DNA of 36,881 nucleotides from Acutalibacteraceae bacterium (GCA_045603355.1 JAZULY010000095.1:1-36881), one strand, 5' to 3'; counted from the stretch's first letter, positions 27,518 through 35,683 are shown. Notes: generated from the sequence alone by a model not told the origin. Program-made: numbers and translations.

Positions 27518-27681
27518 CAAGGAGTCCGCTACGCGGACGAATTATAAATTATACGTAGAAATTCAAAAAATCAAGCAGCGCAGAGTATCTCTCCTAAATA
27601 AAAACATTTCACACAACTGCTCCTACCGCATTTGCTATTCTATCACTTTTATGGTAAAATAATCCTTGGGAGGCGATAGTT

Positions 27682-28431
27682 ATGAATAAACGCCGATTAA
27701 TAAAAGCTACACTAATTTGCGCTGCGGCTGTAGCTCTATGCGCTATAGCGCTGTTTTTGCTCGTTTGGAACGGCATAATTTTACTTAATAACCCGTCACG
27801 CGAGAAGTACCCCGTAAGAGGTGTTGACGTTTCCTCCTACCAAGGCGAAATCGACTGGGGCACTCTGGCTGCAGAGAACATTTCCTTCGCATTTATTAAA
27901 GCTACCGAGGGCAGTTCATTTGTTGACCAAAATTTCGCGTACAATTACTCCTGTGCCCGAAAAACCGAGCTTGCTGTCGGGGCATACCATTTTTTCAGTT
28001 TCGATAGCTCGGGCACTACGCAGGCAGAAAACTTTATAAATACGGTAGAACCGTTTGACGGAATGCTACCGCCCGTTATCGACCTTGAATTTTACGGCGA
28101 TAAAGAAAAAAATCCGCCTGCCAGAGCAGATGTAGAGACCGAACTTGGGGTTATGCTCACAAAACTCGAGGAACACTACGGTATGAAGCCTATTATCTAC
28201 GCTACCGAAATTTCATATGATATGTATTTATCGGGCGGATACGATGAATACGACATCTGGATACGCGACGTAATCACCAAGCCGACAATGAGCGACGGCA
28301 GAAAATGGACCTTCTGGCAATATACCAACCGCGAAAGGCTGGGCGGATACAACGGCGAAGAAAGATTCATTGATATGAATGTCTTCTACGGCAGCCAAGA
28401 CGAATTTAAAAACTACATTTCAAACAATTAA
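27682..28431 (+). CDS. Glycoside hydrolase family 25 muramidase (lysozyme) with N-terminal membrane anchor/signal
   Basis: VRGVDVSSYQGEIDWGTLAAENISFAFIKATEGSSFVDQNF and FIDMNVF are GH25 hallmarks. Hydrophobic N-terminus. SD GGGAGG. Confidence 0.85.
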   Translation: MNKRRLIKATLICAAAVALCAIALFLLVWNGIILLNNPSREKYPVRGVDVSSYQGEIDWGTLAAENISFAFIKATEGSSFVDQNFAYNYSCARKTELAVGAYHFFSFDSSGTTQAENFINTVEPFDGMLPPVIDLEFYGDKEKNPPARADVETELGVMLTKLEEHYGMKPIIYATEISYDMYLSGGYDEYDIWIRDVITKPTMSDGRKWTFWQYTNRERLGGYNGEERFIDMNVFYGSQDEFKNYISNN

Positions 28432-28486
28432 CCCCCCTTTTTAACACTTCCCACTCCCCATCATAAAATATAAGGGAGGCGAGTGT

Positions 28487-28969
28487 ATGCGAGAGATACC
28501 TTATAACAGGCAGGCTGCCGTTACATATGCTTTTCGGTGGGCGCTCGGCAGAAATCCCGCTTACTACGATTTCGAAAACTTAGGCGGTGACTGCACCAAT
28601 TTTACGTCACAATGCATTTATGCCGGCGCTAAGGTAATGAACTTCACCCCCGTTTTAGGGTGGTACTACCGTTCATCGTCTGACCGCACACCGTCCTGGA
28701 CGGGAGTCGAGTATCTTTATAATTTTTTAATAGGCAACCGCTCTGTCGGCCCATATGCGCGCGAGGTATCGCAAAATGAGGTACTGCCGGGAGATATTGT
28801 GCAGCTCGGCACAATGGGTGGCGACTTTTACCACTCGCCCGTTATTACCGCCGTAACACCGACGATTCTGGTAGCGGCGCACACCTTTGATGCGCTTAAC
28901 AGACCGCTGTCGACCTATATCTATGAAACCGCACGCTTTCTACATATAGAGGGCATACGAACATGGTAA
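28487..28969 (+). CDS. Putative amidase-domain protein (Amidase_6 / NlpC-P60-like cysteine peptidase fold)
   Basis: 160 aa. YNRQAAVTYAFRWA...GGDCTNFTSQCIYAG and HSPVITAV resemble the 'putative amidase domain' family. SD AAGGGAGG. Confidence 0.65.
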   Translation: MREIPYNRQAAVTYAFRWALGRNPAYYDFENLGGDCTNFTSQCIYAGAKVMNFTPVLGWYYRSSSDRTPSWTGVEYLYNFLIGNRSVGPYAREVSQNEVLPGDIVQLGTMGGDFYHSPVITAVTPTILVAAHTFDALNRPLSTYIYETARFLHIEGIRTW

Positions 28970-28973
28970 CATT

Positions 28974-29002
28974 AAAAAAGCACCCTAAGTGGGTGCTTTT
29001 TT
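28974..29002. terminator. Bidirectional terminator between the convergent amidase-domain gene and the deacetylase gene
   Basis: AAAAAAGCACCC-TAAGT-GGGTGCTTTTTT. Overlaps the stop codon of the minus-strand gene. Confidence 0.75.
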
Positions 29003-30491
29003 AATGTTTAATTTGTTCTGTCGTGCTGTCTATTGCCCAGAAGGAATAGTTATTTTCATATGCATAATCGATTATTTTCTGGAGTGAATCGGCGGTTGTT
29101 CCCTTTGCAGAGGAATCGTGCATAAGCACCACATTAGAGCGGTTTTTGCGCAGTGACGATATTACATTATTAGCAATTTTGTCAGCCGATAAAGTACCCG
29201 ACGCGTCACCGCTGTCTACATTCCAGTCAAAATAAGTCCAACCCCATTCAGGCATTTTTTGCTTGAGTCGCCCCATAATGCCTCGGCAGTACCTATTAGA
29301 AACAGTATTCGAACTGCCGCCCGGGAAACGCATAATATTTGCGCTATATCCCGTATCATTTAAAAGTTTTGCATAAAGCTGATTGACGTTATACATAAAC
29401 GCCTCCTCGCTTGCATAAATCACTGAATAATCGTGCGAGTAGCCGTGAATTCCGATGGTATGCCCTTCGTTAATAATACGATTTATTACAGGTAACTTAT
29501 CGGCAGAATAATCAATAATAAAGAATGTCGCTTTGATATCGTTTTTCTTTAATATATCCAAAATTTCTACCGTAACATCGGTGCTCGGTCCGTCATCGAA
29601 GGTAAGGTATATGCGGTTATTTTTAGCCTCCTCAGGGTCCTGAACAATTACTGCACGGGTAACGACAGCCACATTTCCCGCAGCGTCCGTTACTTGGTAG
29701 CGCACACTATATGAACCCGGTTTTGCGGTATCCACATCGCCCGTTATTACGATATCTGCCGTGATATTGCCGTCAAGGTCGTCTATCGCGGTAGCCCCTG
29801 CCTCCTCGTATTTTCCGTTCAGCGTTACCGTTACGGTATTCTTACCTTTCAGCGTCAGAACGGGAGAAACAAGGTCTTTAAGCGTAATCGAGCGTACCGC
29901 AGTTTGATTATTGCCCGAAGAATCGGTTACAGTATAGATAACCTCGTATTTTTCATCGTTTATTCGTTTTTTGGTTATTTCTATATTATTTGTTATATCG
30001 CCATCGTAATTATCGGTAGCCACAGCGCCTGCTTCTTTATAATATTTCATTGAAGAAACGGTAACGCTGCCCTCCCCCGACAGCGCTATTGTGGGGGAAA
30101 GCTCGTCCACAACCTGAATTCGTCGGGTCGCACGGTATGTCCTACCCTTTCTCTCTACTGAATATGTAACCTCGTATTCGCCGAGGGTATTACCGTCAAC
30201 GGCGCCTTTTACCTTTACCTTATCCGTAATATCCTGCTTGCCCAAATATGCGGTGTAACCCTCCTCGGTATACTCACTGTATACCGGAACTGTAAGAATG
30301 TGTCTGCCGTTCAGCACTATTCTCGGCTCGATTATAGCCGAAGTAAGCGCCGTAGCAACAATGACCGCAGAAAATGAAAAAAATATGGTCAGCATAAGTG
30401 CTCTGTGCGAAATTTTCTTACAAAGAAATACCACCAATGCTATTACGGAGATAACAACTGCCGCTAATAGCAGCATTAATTTAATTCCCAT
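29001..30491 (-). CDS. Polysaccharide/peptidoglycan deacetylase (CE4 NodB domain) with N-terminal TM anchor and three Ig-like (DUF5011-type) repeats
   Basis: IYLTFDDGPS and HGYSHD NodB motifs in the C-terminal domain. Three repeats of the ...Y.E.G..A.D..DG.IT....I.......G.Y.V.Y.V.D..GN type. 496 aa. Confidence 0.85.
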   Translation of the reverse strand: MGIKLMLLLAAVVISVIALVVFLCKKISHRALMLTIFFSFSAVIVATALTSAIIEPRIVLNGRHILTVPVYSEYTEEGYTAYLGKQDITDKVKVKGAVDGNTLGEYEVTYSVERKGRTYRATRRIQVVDELSPTIALSGEGSVTVSSMKYYKEAGAVATDNYDGDITNNIEITKKRINDEKYEVIYTVTDSSGNNQTAVRSITLKDLVSPVLTLKGKNTVTVTLNGKYEEAGATAIDDLDGNITADIVITGDVDTAKPGSYSVRYQVTDAAGNVAVVTRAVIVQDPEEAKNNRIYLTFDDGPSTDVTVEILDILKKNDIKATFFIIDYSADKLPVINRIINEGHTIGIHGYSHDYSVIYASEEAFMYNVNQLYAKLLNDTGYSANIMRFPGGSSNTVSNRYCRGIMGRLKQKMPEWGWTYFDWNVDSGDASGTLSADKIANNVISSLRKNRSNVVLMHDSSAKGTTADSLQKIIDYAYENNYSFWAIDSTTEQIKH

Positions 30492-30513
30492 TTCCCCACT
30501 CCGTATTTAGTAA

Positions 30514-30720
30514 TTACTCGATATTTGTAACTTCAAAGCCTATTTCTGTAACAGCATCGGACAGCACTTCGTCTGATAACTCCGCACCCTCGACTACTGC
30601 CTTTTTATCCTCGAGGCTAACCTGCACACTTTTTACTCCTGCTGTGTCCGCCAAAGCCTTTTCGACCGATGCTACACAGTGCATACAAGCCATACCCTCA
30701 ATATAAATTGTTTTAATCAT
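30514..30720 (-). CDS. copZ: Copper chaperone, heavy-metal-associated domain
   Basis: 68 aa. GMACMHC (MxCxxC) metal-binding motif. Overlaps the copA stop by 8 nt. Confidence 0.85.
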   Translation of the reverse strand: MIKTIYIEGMACMHCVASVEKALADTAGVKSVQVSLEDKKAVVEGAELSDEVLSDAVTEIGFEVTNIE

Positions 30721-32914
30721 TTTTAAGTGCTCCTTTCAGTCTTAAGGCATTGGTTACAACACAAACGGAGCTCAGCGACATAGCCGCCGCGCCGAGCATA
30801 GGGCTCAGCACAATGCCGAAAGTGCTCAGCACACCCGCAGCAACGGGTATACCTATAATGTTGTAGAAAAATGCCCAGAAGAGATTTATTTTAATGTTTT
30901 TAATTACTTTTTTGCTAAGCTGTATCGCGCGGGATACATCCTTTAGGTCACTCTTAACGAGAATTATATCGGCAGAGGATAGCGCCACATCGGTACCCGC
31001 ACCGATGGCTATACCGACGTCTGCCGCCGTGAGCGCGGGGGCATCGTTAATACCGTCACCCACCAAAGCAACCGTTTTACCTGCGGCCTGAAGGCCTCGC
31101 ACGTGTTTTTCCTTATCCTGAGGCAGAACCTCGGCGAAAACATTTTCGATGCCGACACTCATTCCCACGCTCTCGGCGGTGAATTTATTATCGCCCGTTA
31201 TCATATAAACGTCGATACCCATATTTTTCAGCGTGTTTACCGCGTCGGCGCTTGTATCCTTTATTGTATCGGCAACCGTAATAATGCCGAGTATATCCTT
31301 TTCATCAAAGAAGATTATCGGCGTAGCGCCACCCTTAGCGGCAGTATCAAGATATTCCTTCTCCCCGCTTACGTCAATTCCCATATGACGCGCAAGCGCC
31401 TCGTTACCCGAGAAATACTTTTTGCCGTCTATTTCACACGAAATGCCCATACCGGGCAGCGTAGTAACGTTGCTGACCGCGAGTTTCTTCGCGTTTTTAC
31501 TACCCGCATACTCGCAAACAGCCGCCGCTATAGGATGCTCTGACACCGCCTCAATACTGTAGGCGAGGCTCAAAAATTCATCGGTTTCTATATCGGTTTT
31601 AATATCCCGTACCGACAATTTACCGCTGGTTATAGTACCTGTTTTATCGAGCACTACGGCGTCAATTTTATGCGCCGTTTCGAGTGCCTCGGCGTGTCGC
31701 ACGAGTATACCGTGTTTAGCTCCCGTACCCGTACCGACCATTACGGCAACGGGGGTTGCAAGTCCCAACGCACAAGGGCAGGAAATTACAAGCACAGAAA
31801 TAGCATAGGTAAGAGCTGAAACCCAGTCACTTATCAGTGACCAGATAATAAATGTTAATAGCGCTATACCCATAACCGTCGGTACGAAAATACCGCTTAT
31901 CTTATCGGCAAGACGGGCTATGGGGGCTTTGCTTGCCGCCGCCTCTTCTACTAAACGGATAATCTCAGAAAGAGTAGTATCCTCGCCCGTTTTGTCAGCC
32001 TTAAATTCGATATATCCGCTTTTAATTACCGTACCCGAAACAACAGTATCGCCGATACCCTTTTCTACGGGGATACTCTCGCCCGTAATGGCACTCTCGT
32101 CCATCACCGCGTTACCGCTTACTATAACACCATCTGCCGCTATATGCTCGCCTGCTTTTACAGCGATTATATCTCCCTTTAGCAGATACGCCACCTCAAC
32201 CGTTTCACTCACGCCATTTTTTATAACCGTTACGGTATCGGGGCGCAGTTTCATCAGTTGCTCAATAGCATCCCCCGCTCTTGCCTTGGCCTTGGCCTCA
32301 AAAAACTTACCCAAGGTAATAAGGGCGAGTATCATAGCTGCCGACTCGAAATACAAATCTATATGGGCATTACTGTTAACGTAAATAAAAACGGCATAAA
32401 CTCCGTAAATAAACGCCGCCGATGAGCCTACTGCTATCAGGGTATCCATATTAGGCGCGCCGATAAATAAATTTTTATATCCGCGTTTGAAGTAAACGAA
32501 ATTTACGGCAATAATCGGTAATGTCAGTATCAGCTGAGTTATGGCATTTACAAGATGGTTATTAAATACCTGCGGCAGCGCATAACCGAACATATGCTGC
32601 ATTGACAAATACATAAGCGGCACTAAAAACAGGAAAGACACTATAAGCCGTATTTTAAAGTTACGGTATATGCCCGCATTATCATCCTCTCTTTTTGCCG
32701 ACGGGATATAATCTGCCGCGCCGAAGCCCGCCTTTTCTACGGCGGCGATAATTTTATCACCCGATACTGCCGATTCATCAAAATCGACCACCATCGAGTT
32801 TGCGAGCAGATTAACGTCTGCTTTTTCAACACCCGCGAGATTATTAACAACCCGTTCCACGCGCGCCGAGCAGGCACTGCAGGACATACCCGTCACAGAA
32901 AATCTTTTTCTCAT
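30713..32914 (-). CDS. copA: Copper-translocating P1B-type ATPase
   Basis: One N-terminal HMA domain (GMSCSAC), CPCALGLATP in TM6, DKTGTIT phosphorylation site, SEHPIA, GDGINDAP. 733 aa. Confidence 0.9.
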   Translation of the reverse strand: MRKRFSVTGMSCSACSARVERVVNNLAGVEKADVNLLANSMVVDFDESAVSGDKIIAAVEKAGFGAADYIPSAKREDDNAGIYRNFKIRLIVSFLFLVPLMYLSMQHMFGYALPQVFNNHLVNAITQLILTLPIIAVNFVYFKRGYKNLFIGAPNMDTLIAVGSSAAFIYGVYAVFIYVNSNAHIDLYFESAAMILALITLGKFFEAKAKARAGDAIEQLMKLRPDTVTVIKNGVSETVEVAYLLKGDIIAVKAGEHIAADGVIVSGNAVMDESAITGESIPVEKGIGDTVVSGTVIKSGYIEFKADKTGEDTTLSEIIRLVEEAAASKAPIARLADKISGIFVPTVMGIALLTFIIWSLISDWVSALTYAISVLVISCPCALGLATPVAVMVGTGTGAKHGILVRHAEALETAHKIDAVVLDKTGTITSGKLSVRDIKTDIETDEFLSLAYSIEAVSEHPIAAAVCEYAGSKNAKKLAVSNVTTLPGMGISCEIDGKKYFSGNEALARHMGIDVSGEKEYLDTAAKGGATPIIFFDEKDILGIITVADTIKDTSADAVNTLKNMGIDVYMITGDNKFTAESVGMSVGIENVFAEVLPQDKEKHVRGLQAAGKTVALVGDGINDAPALTAADVGIAIGAGTDVALSSADIILVKSDLKDVSRAIQLSKKVIKNIKINLFWAFFYNIIGIPVAAGVLSTFGIVLSPMLGAAAMSLSSVCVVTNALRLKGALKND

Positions 32915-34200
32915 TAAACTACCTTTCCTTCACAGTAATCATCGTGTGCGGCGGTGATTATAACATCAACTATCTTACCGCCGAGGTCCCAGTCCGAGCA
33001 AACCTTTACATAGGTATAATTGCCCGTATAACCCGAATATATATTATTATCTTTGGTTTCAAAGAGCACCTTCGTCTTTTTACCCACCTGAGCGGACAAG
33101 AACTGCCGCTCACTCTCGCGAGACAAAGCTATCATCTCACGGCTTCGTCTTTCCTTTTCTGCCCTTGTTACTTGATTCGGCAGTCCGTATGCCACGGTAC
33201 CTGCACGGCGCGAATAGGCAAACACGTGGGTCTTGGCAAAACCGACGCGGCGCGCGAAGGCGAGATTCTCCTGAAACTCTGTTTCATCCTCTCCTGCAAA
33301 GCCAACCATAATATCGGTGGTAATGGCGGCATCAGGGAAAATGCCCCTTATGCGCGTTACGAGATCCATATAATATTCACTGTCATAATGTCTGTTCATT
33401 CGGTGCAGCGTTTTATCGCAGCCCGACTGGAGAGATAGATGAAACTGCTCGCAGAATTTATCCACTCGCGATAATCTACCAAGCATTTCGTCACTCATAT
33501 GGTCGGGCTCGAGTGAGCCGAGCCTTACACGCTCAATTCCATCCACCGCCGCTACCGCCTCTACCGCGTCGCAGAGGTTAAGACCCGTATCCTTACCGAA
33601 GGAGGTAAGATTTATACCAACGAGTACGACCTCGCGAAAACCCGACGCAGACAGACGCTCTGCCTCCTGCTTTATATCCTCTATCGGCTTTGAACGGATA
33701 ACACCGCGAGCCGTCGGGATTATGCAATAGGTACAGTAACGCTCACACCCGTCCTGAATTTTCATAAAGGCGCGGGTATGTGCAGAAAAATTCTTAATAC
33801 TCGGCGTTGTGAATTTTTCATCACGCTTATGCTCGCCTATATGAACTATGCGCTCGCCGTTTTCCAAAAATTTCAGTACGAGTTGAGGTAACTCCTCGGG
33901 GGCGGTGTTACCCGCTACGATGTCGGCATCGAGTAATTCTGCCGCCTCGTCAGGAAAAGCCTGCGGCATACAACCCGCAAGAACTACTACCGCTCTCGGG
34001 TACTTCTTCCTTGCGCGGCGGAGCATCTGACGGGTTTTGCGGTCACTCTCTGCCGTCACTGTGCAGGAATTGATAACAAAAACATCAACCTCGGCACTCG
34101 CTTCTACATATGTAAAACCGTGCAGGGCAAACTGCTCTGCCATACATTCGGTTTCGTATTGATTAACCTTGCAGCCAAGGGTGTAAAAAGATATATTCAT
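32914..34200 (-). CDS. mtaB: tRNA (t6A37) methylthiotransferase MtaB (radical SAM, UPF0004 N-domain plus TRAM)
   Basis: MNISFYTLGCKVNQYE N-terminus (YqeV/MtaB-like rather than MiaB). Radical-SAM CERYCTYC. I prefer ATG 34200 (GGAG SD 8 nt upstream) over the track start 34254. Confidence 0.85.
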   Translation of the reverse strand: MNISFYTLGCKVNQYETECMAEQFALHGFTYVEASAEVDVFVINSCTVTAESDRKTRQMLRRARKKYPRAVVVLAGCMPQAFPDEAAELLDADIVAGNTAPEELPQLVLKFLENGERIVHIGEHKRDEKFTTPSIKNFSAHTRAFMKIQDGCERYCTYCIIPTARGVIRSKPIEDIKQEAERLSASGFREVVLVGINLTSFGKDTGLNLCDAVEAVAAVDGIERVRLGSLEPDHMSDEMLGRLSRVDKFCEQFHLSLQSGCDKTLHRMNRHYDSEYYMDLVTRIRGIFPDAAITTDIMVGFAGEDETEFQENLAFARRVGFAKTHVFAYSRRAGTVAYGLPNQVTRAEKERRSREMIALSRESERQFLSAQVGKKTKVLFETKDNNIYSGYTGNYTYVKVCSDWDLGGKIVDVIITAAHDDYCEGKVV

Positions 34201-34346
34201 AAAGCATCTCCTGTTCCTTGTAATTATAAAACAAACCTCACAATAATTCAACAAAAGTTGCTATTAATTAATTATTTTGTAACCTTTTTGAATTGTCCCG
34301 ATTTTAGGACACTGAAAATTTTATAATAAAAAATGTAAAAAAGATG

Positions 34347-34375
34347 TTGACAAATTAAAAAACATCAATTATAAT
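34347..34375 (+). promoter_or_regulatory. Consensus sigma-A promoter for the unannotated small gene
   Basis: TTGACA (34347-34352), 17 nt spacer, TATAAT (34370-34375). Palindrome CGAACA-AA-TGTTCG at 34390-34403 in the 5' UTR. Confidence 0.6.
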
Positions 34376-34419
34376 GAAAATACAGAAATCGAACAAATGT
34401 TCGGCAAGGAGAAATTACT

Positions 34420-34599
34420 ATGAATTTAGGCGCGGTTTTACAAACTTTACTCGAATGTGCAGCGGTTGGATTTATTATCTGGGGCATATTCAATGAACAG
34501 AAATTAATTAATTTTGAGGATAAAATTAAGGCGGCTATTCGCCGCCGTTCCCTAAAGGTGGTAGACACTAAGTCCTCATATAATAAACACTGCGCATAA
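34420..34599 (+). CDS. Small hypothetical membrane protein, 59 aa (below the ORF-track length cut-off)
   Basis: ATG 34420 preceded by AAGGAGA 8 nt upstream. Translation MNLGAVLQTLLECAAVGFIIWGIFNEQKLINFEDKIKAAIRRRSLKVVDTKSSYNKHCA has one N-terminal TM helix and a basic tail. Consensus promoter upstream, strong hairpin downstream. Confidence 0.55.
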   Translation: MNLGAVLQTLLECAAVGFIIWGIFNEQKLINFEDKIKAAIRRRSLKVVDTKSSYNKHCA

Positions 34600-34642
34600 G
34601 ATATGCGCATAATTCCGCCATTCTTTAATTTCACATAAAAGT

Positions 34643-34680
34643 GAAGCATCCGACAGTGTATTTTACCTGTCGGATGCTTC
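34643..34680. terminator. Strong hairpin between the convergent small gene and the abrB-like gene (probable bidirectional terminator)
   Basis: GAAGCATCCGACAG (34643-34656), 10-nt loop, CTGTCGGATGCTTC (34667-34680): a perfect 14-bp stem. The flanking U-tracts are modest. Confidence 0.6.
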
Positions 34681-34687
34681 GCGTTTA

Positions 34688-34945
34688 TTATAATGAATTT
34701 TTCATAGCCGATAGTTTATCGATACAGCTTACACATACCATATGACCCTTCATCTTGATAAGGTCCTCTGCCTCGCCGCAGAATATGCAGGAGGGCTGAT
34801 ACTTTTTCAAAATGATTTTATCGTCATCGGTAAAAATTTCAAAACAGTCAACATCGTTTTCAACCGCAAACTGTTTTCTGAGCTCCATCGGTATTACAAC
34901 CCGTCCGTTTTTGTCTACCGGTCTTATCATTCCTGTCGATTTCAT
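34688..34945 (-). CDS. AbrB/MazE/SpoVT-family transition-state-regulator-like DNA-binding protein with a Cys-rich C-terminus
   Basis: MKSTGMIRPVDKNGRVVIPMELRKQF swapped-hairpin motif. C-terminal CIFCG...CVSC. SD AAGGAGG. Confidence 0.8.
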   Translation of the reverse strand: MKSTGMIRPVDKNGRVVIPMELRKQFAVENDVDCFEIFTDDDKIILKKYQPSCIFCGEAEDLIKMKGHMVCVSCIDKLSAMKNSL

Positions 34946-34974
34946 ACGCTATGCCTCCTTGTTTTGTTTAGGAA

Positions 34975-35003
34975 AGTATACCATATTTTACATAAAATGT
35001 CAA
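34975..35003 (-). promoter_or_regulatory. Sigma-A-type promoter for the abrB-like gene
   Basis: Minus strand TTGACA (35003-34998), 17 nt spacer, TATACT (34980-34975). Confidence 0.5.
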
Positions 35004-35004
35004 A

Positions 35005-35375
35005 CTATCGGTCGATTATCATTTTACCCTTTAGCGGTTTTCCTTGTTGTTTAGCATAATTTATCATCGATTTTGTTCCTTTGCTCTTTCCGTCCCAAAA
35101 ACAAATAACATAATCCCCCGACCTTGCCATTTTCTCATTTCTTATCGGTCCGGCACTCCTGCCATACTTATCCCACTCAGCATCATATCGCTCGATTTTA
35201 AATCCGTTATCACGCGCATATCTTTCGCCGAGCAGGTCAGCACCTTGGCATCCGCCAGAAATAAAAATCAGAGTATATTCATTTCTGATTTTGCTGATAC
35301 AAAAATCTATGTATTCTTTTGCCTCGTTATAATTATGGTAACCCTACACCCTGCTACCACTACTCTTTTTATCAT
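35005..35375 (-). pseudogene. Frameshifted SLOG-family / DUF2493 (YpsA/DprA-like Rossmann) gene
   Basis: Frame A from ATG 35375 gives MIKRVVVAGCR, then stops after 22 codons. Frame B from 35343 gives GYHNYNEAKEYIDFCISKIRNEYTLIFISGGCQGADLLGERYARDNGFKIERYDAEWDKYGRSAGPIRNEKMARSGDYVICFWDGKSKGTKSMINYAKQQGKPL... The span is 371 nt, one short of a multiple of 3. The break maps to the C3 run at 35342-35344. Confidence 0.6.
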
Positions 35376-35411
35376 AAAACAACACCCGTATTGCATATTT
35401 TTATATATGAT

Positions 35412-35458
35412 ATGACAAACTGTCATAGTTGTTAAGCGAAAAAATGACATACTGTCAT
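35412..35458. promoter_or_regulatory. Twin palindromic operator candidates in the divergent SLOG/XRE intergenic region
   Basis: ATGACAAACTGTCAT (35412-35426) and ATGACATACTGTCAT (35444-35458). Both fit ATGACA-N3-TGTCAT. Centres are 32 bp apart. Confidence 0.5.
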
Positions 35459-35470
35459 ATGGGTGATATT

Positions 35471-35683
35471 ATGACAACAAATTTGAGGAAATTACGCAAA
35501 AACAAAGGAATGACTCAAATCGCCGTGCAAATGGCAACGCGTATTGAGCAGGCGTTGCTCTCAAAATTTGAAAACGGTGAGAGAGTTCCACCGACCGAAA
35601 CACTTATGACTCTTGCTGACTTTTATAACGTCAGTATGGATTATATTATGTGTCGCACCGATAATCCGCAGGTCAACAAATAA
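35471..35683 (+). CDS. XRE-family helix-turn-helix transcriptional regulator (70 aa)
   Basis: MTTNLRKLRKNKGMTQIAVQMATRIEQALLSKFENGERVPPTETLMTLADFYNVSMDYIM is a classic HTH_3 pattern. I prefer ATG 35471 to the track start 35429, which would begin inside the operator region. Confidence 0.8.
   Translation: MTTNLRKLRKNKGMTQIAVQMATRIEQALLSKFENGERVPPTETLMTLADFYNVSMDYIMCRTDNPQVNK

Noticed and set aside
34365-34649. 94-aa minus-strand ORF in the mtaB/abrB intergenic region
   Set aside because: It has no SD or promoter and would read through a consensus plus-strand promoter and SD. The opposite-strand 59-codon ORF has complete expression signals and a plausible TM-protein sequence.
34688-34945. The AbrB N-domain plus C-terminal CxxC...CxxC as a novel fusion
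   Set aside because: As I recall, clostridial AbrB homologues commonly carry this Cys-containing C-terminus, so it is probably the normal lineage-specific form rather than a new architecture.
35044-35415. 123-aa plus-strand ORF
   Set aside because: It is antisense to the SLOG/DUF2493 reading frames, which show clear family motifs (GGCQGADL, GPIRNEKM). Its sequence is low complexity and it has no SD.
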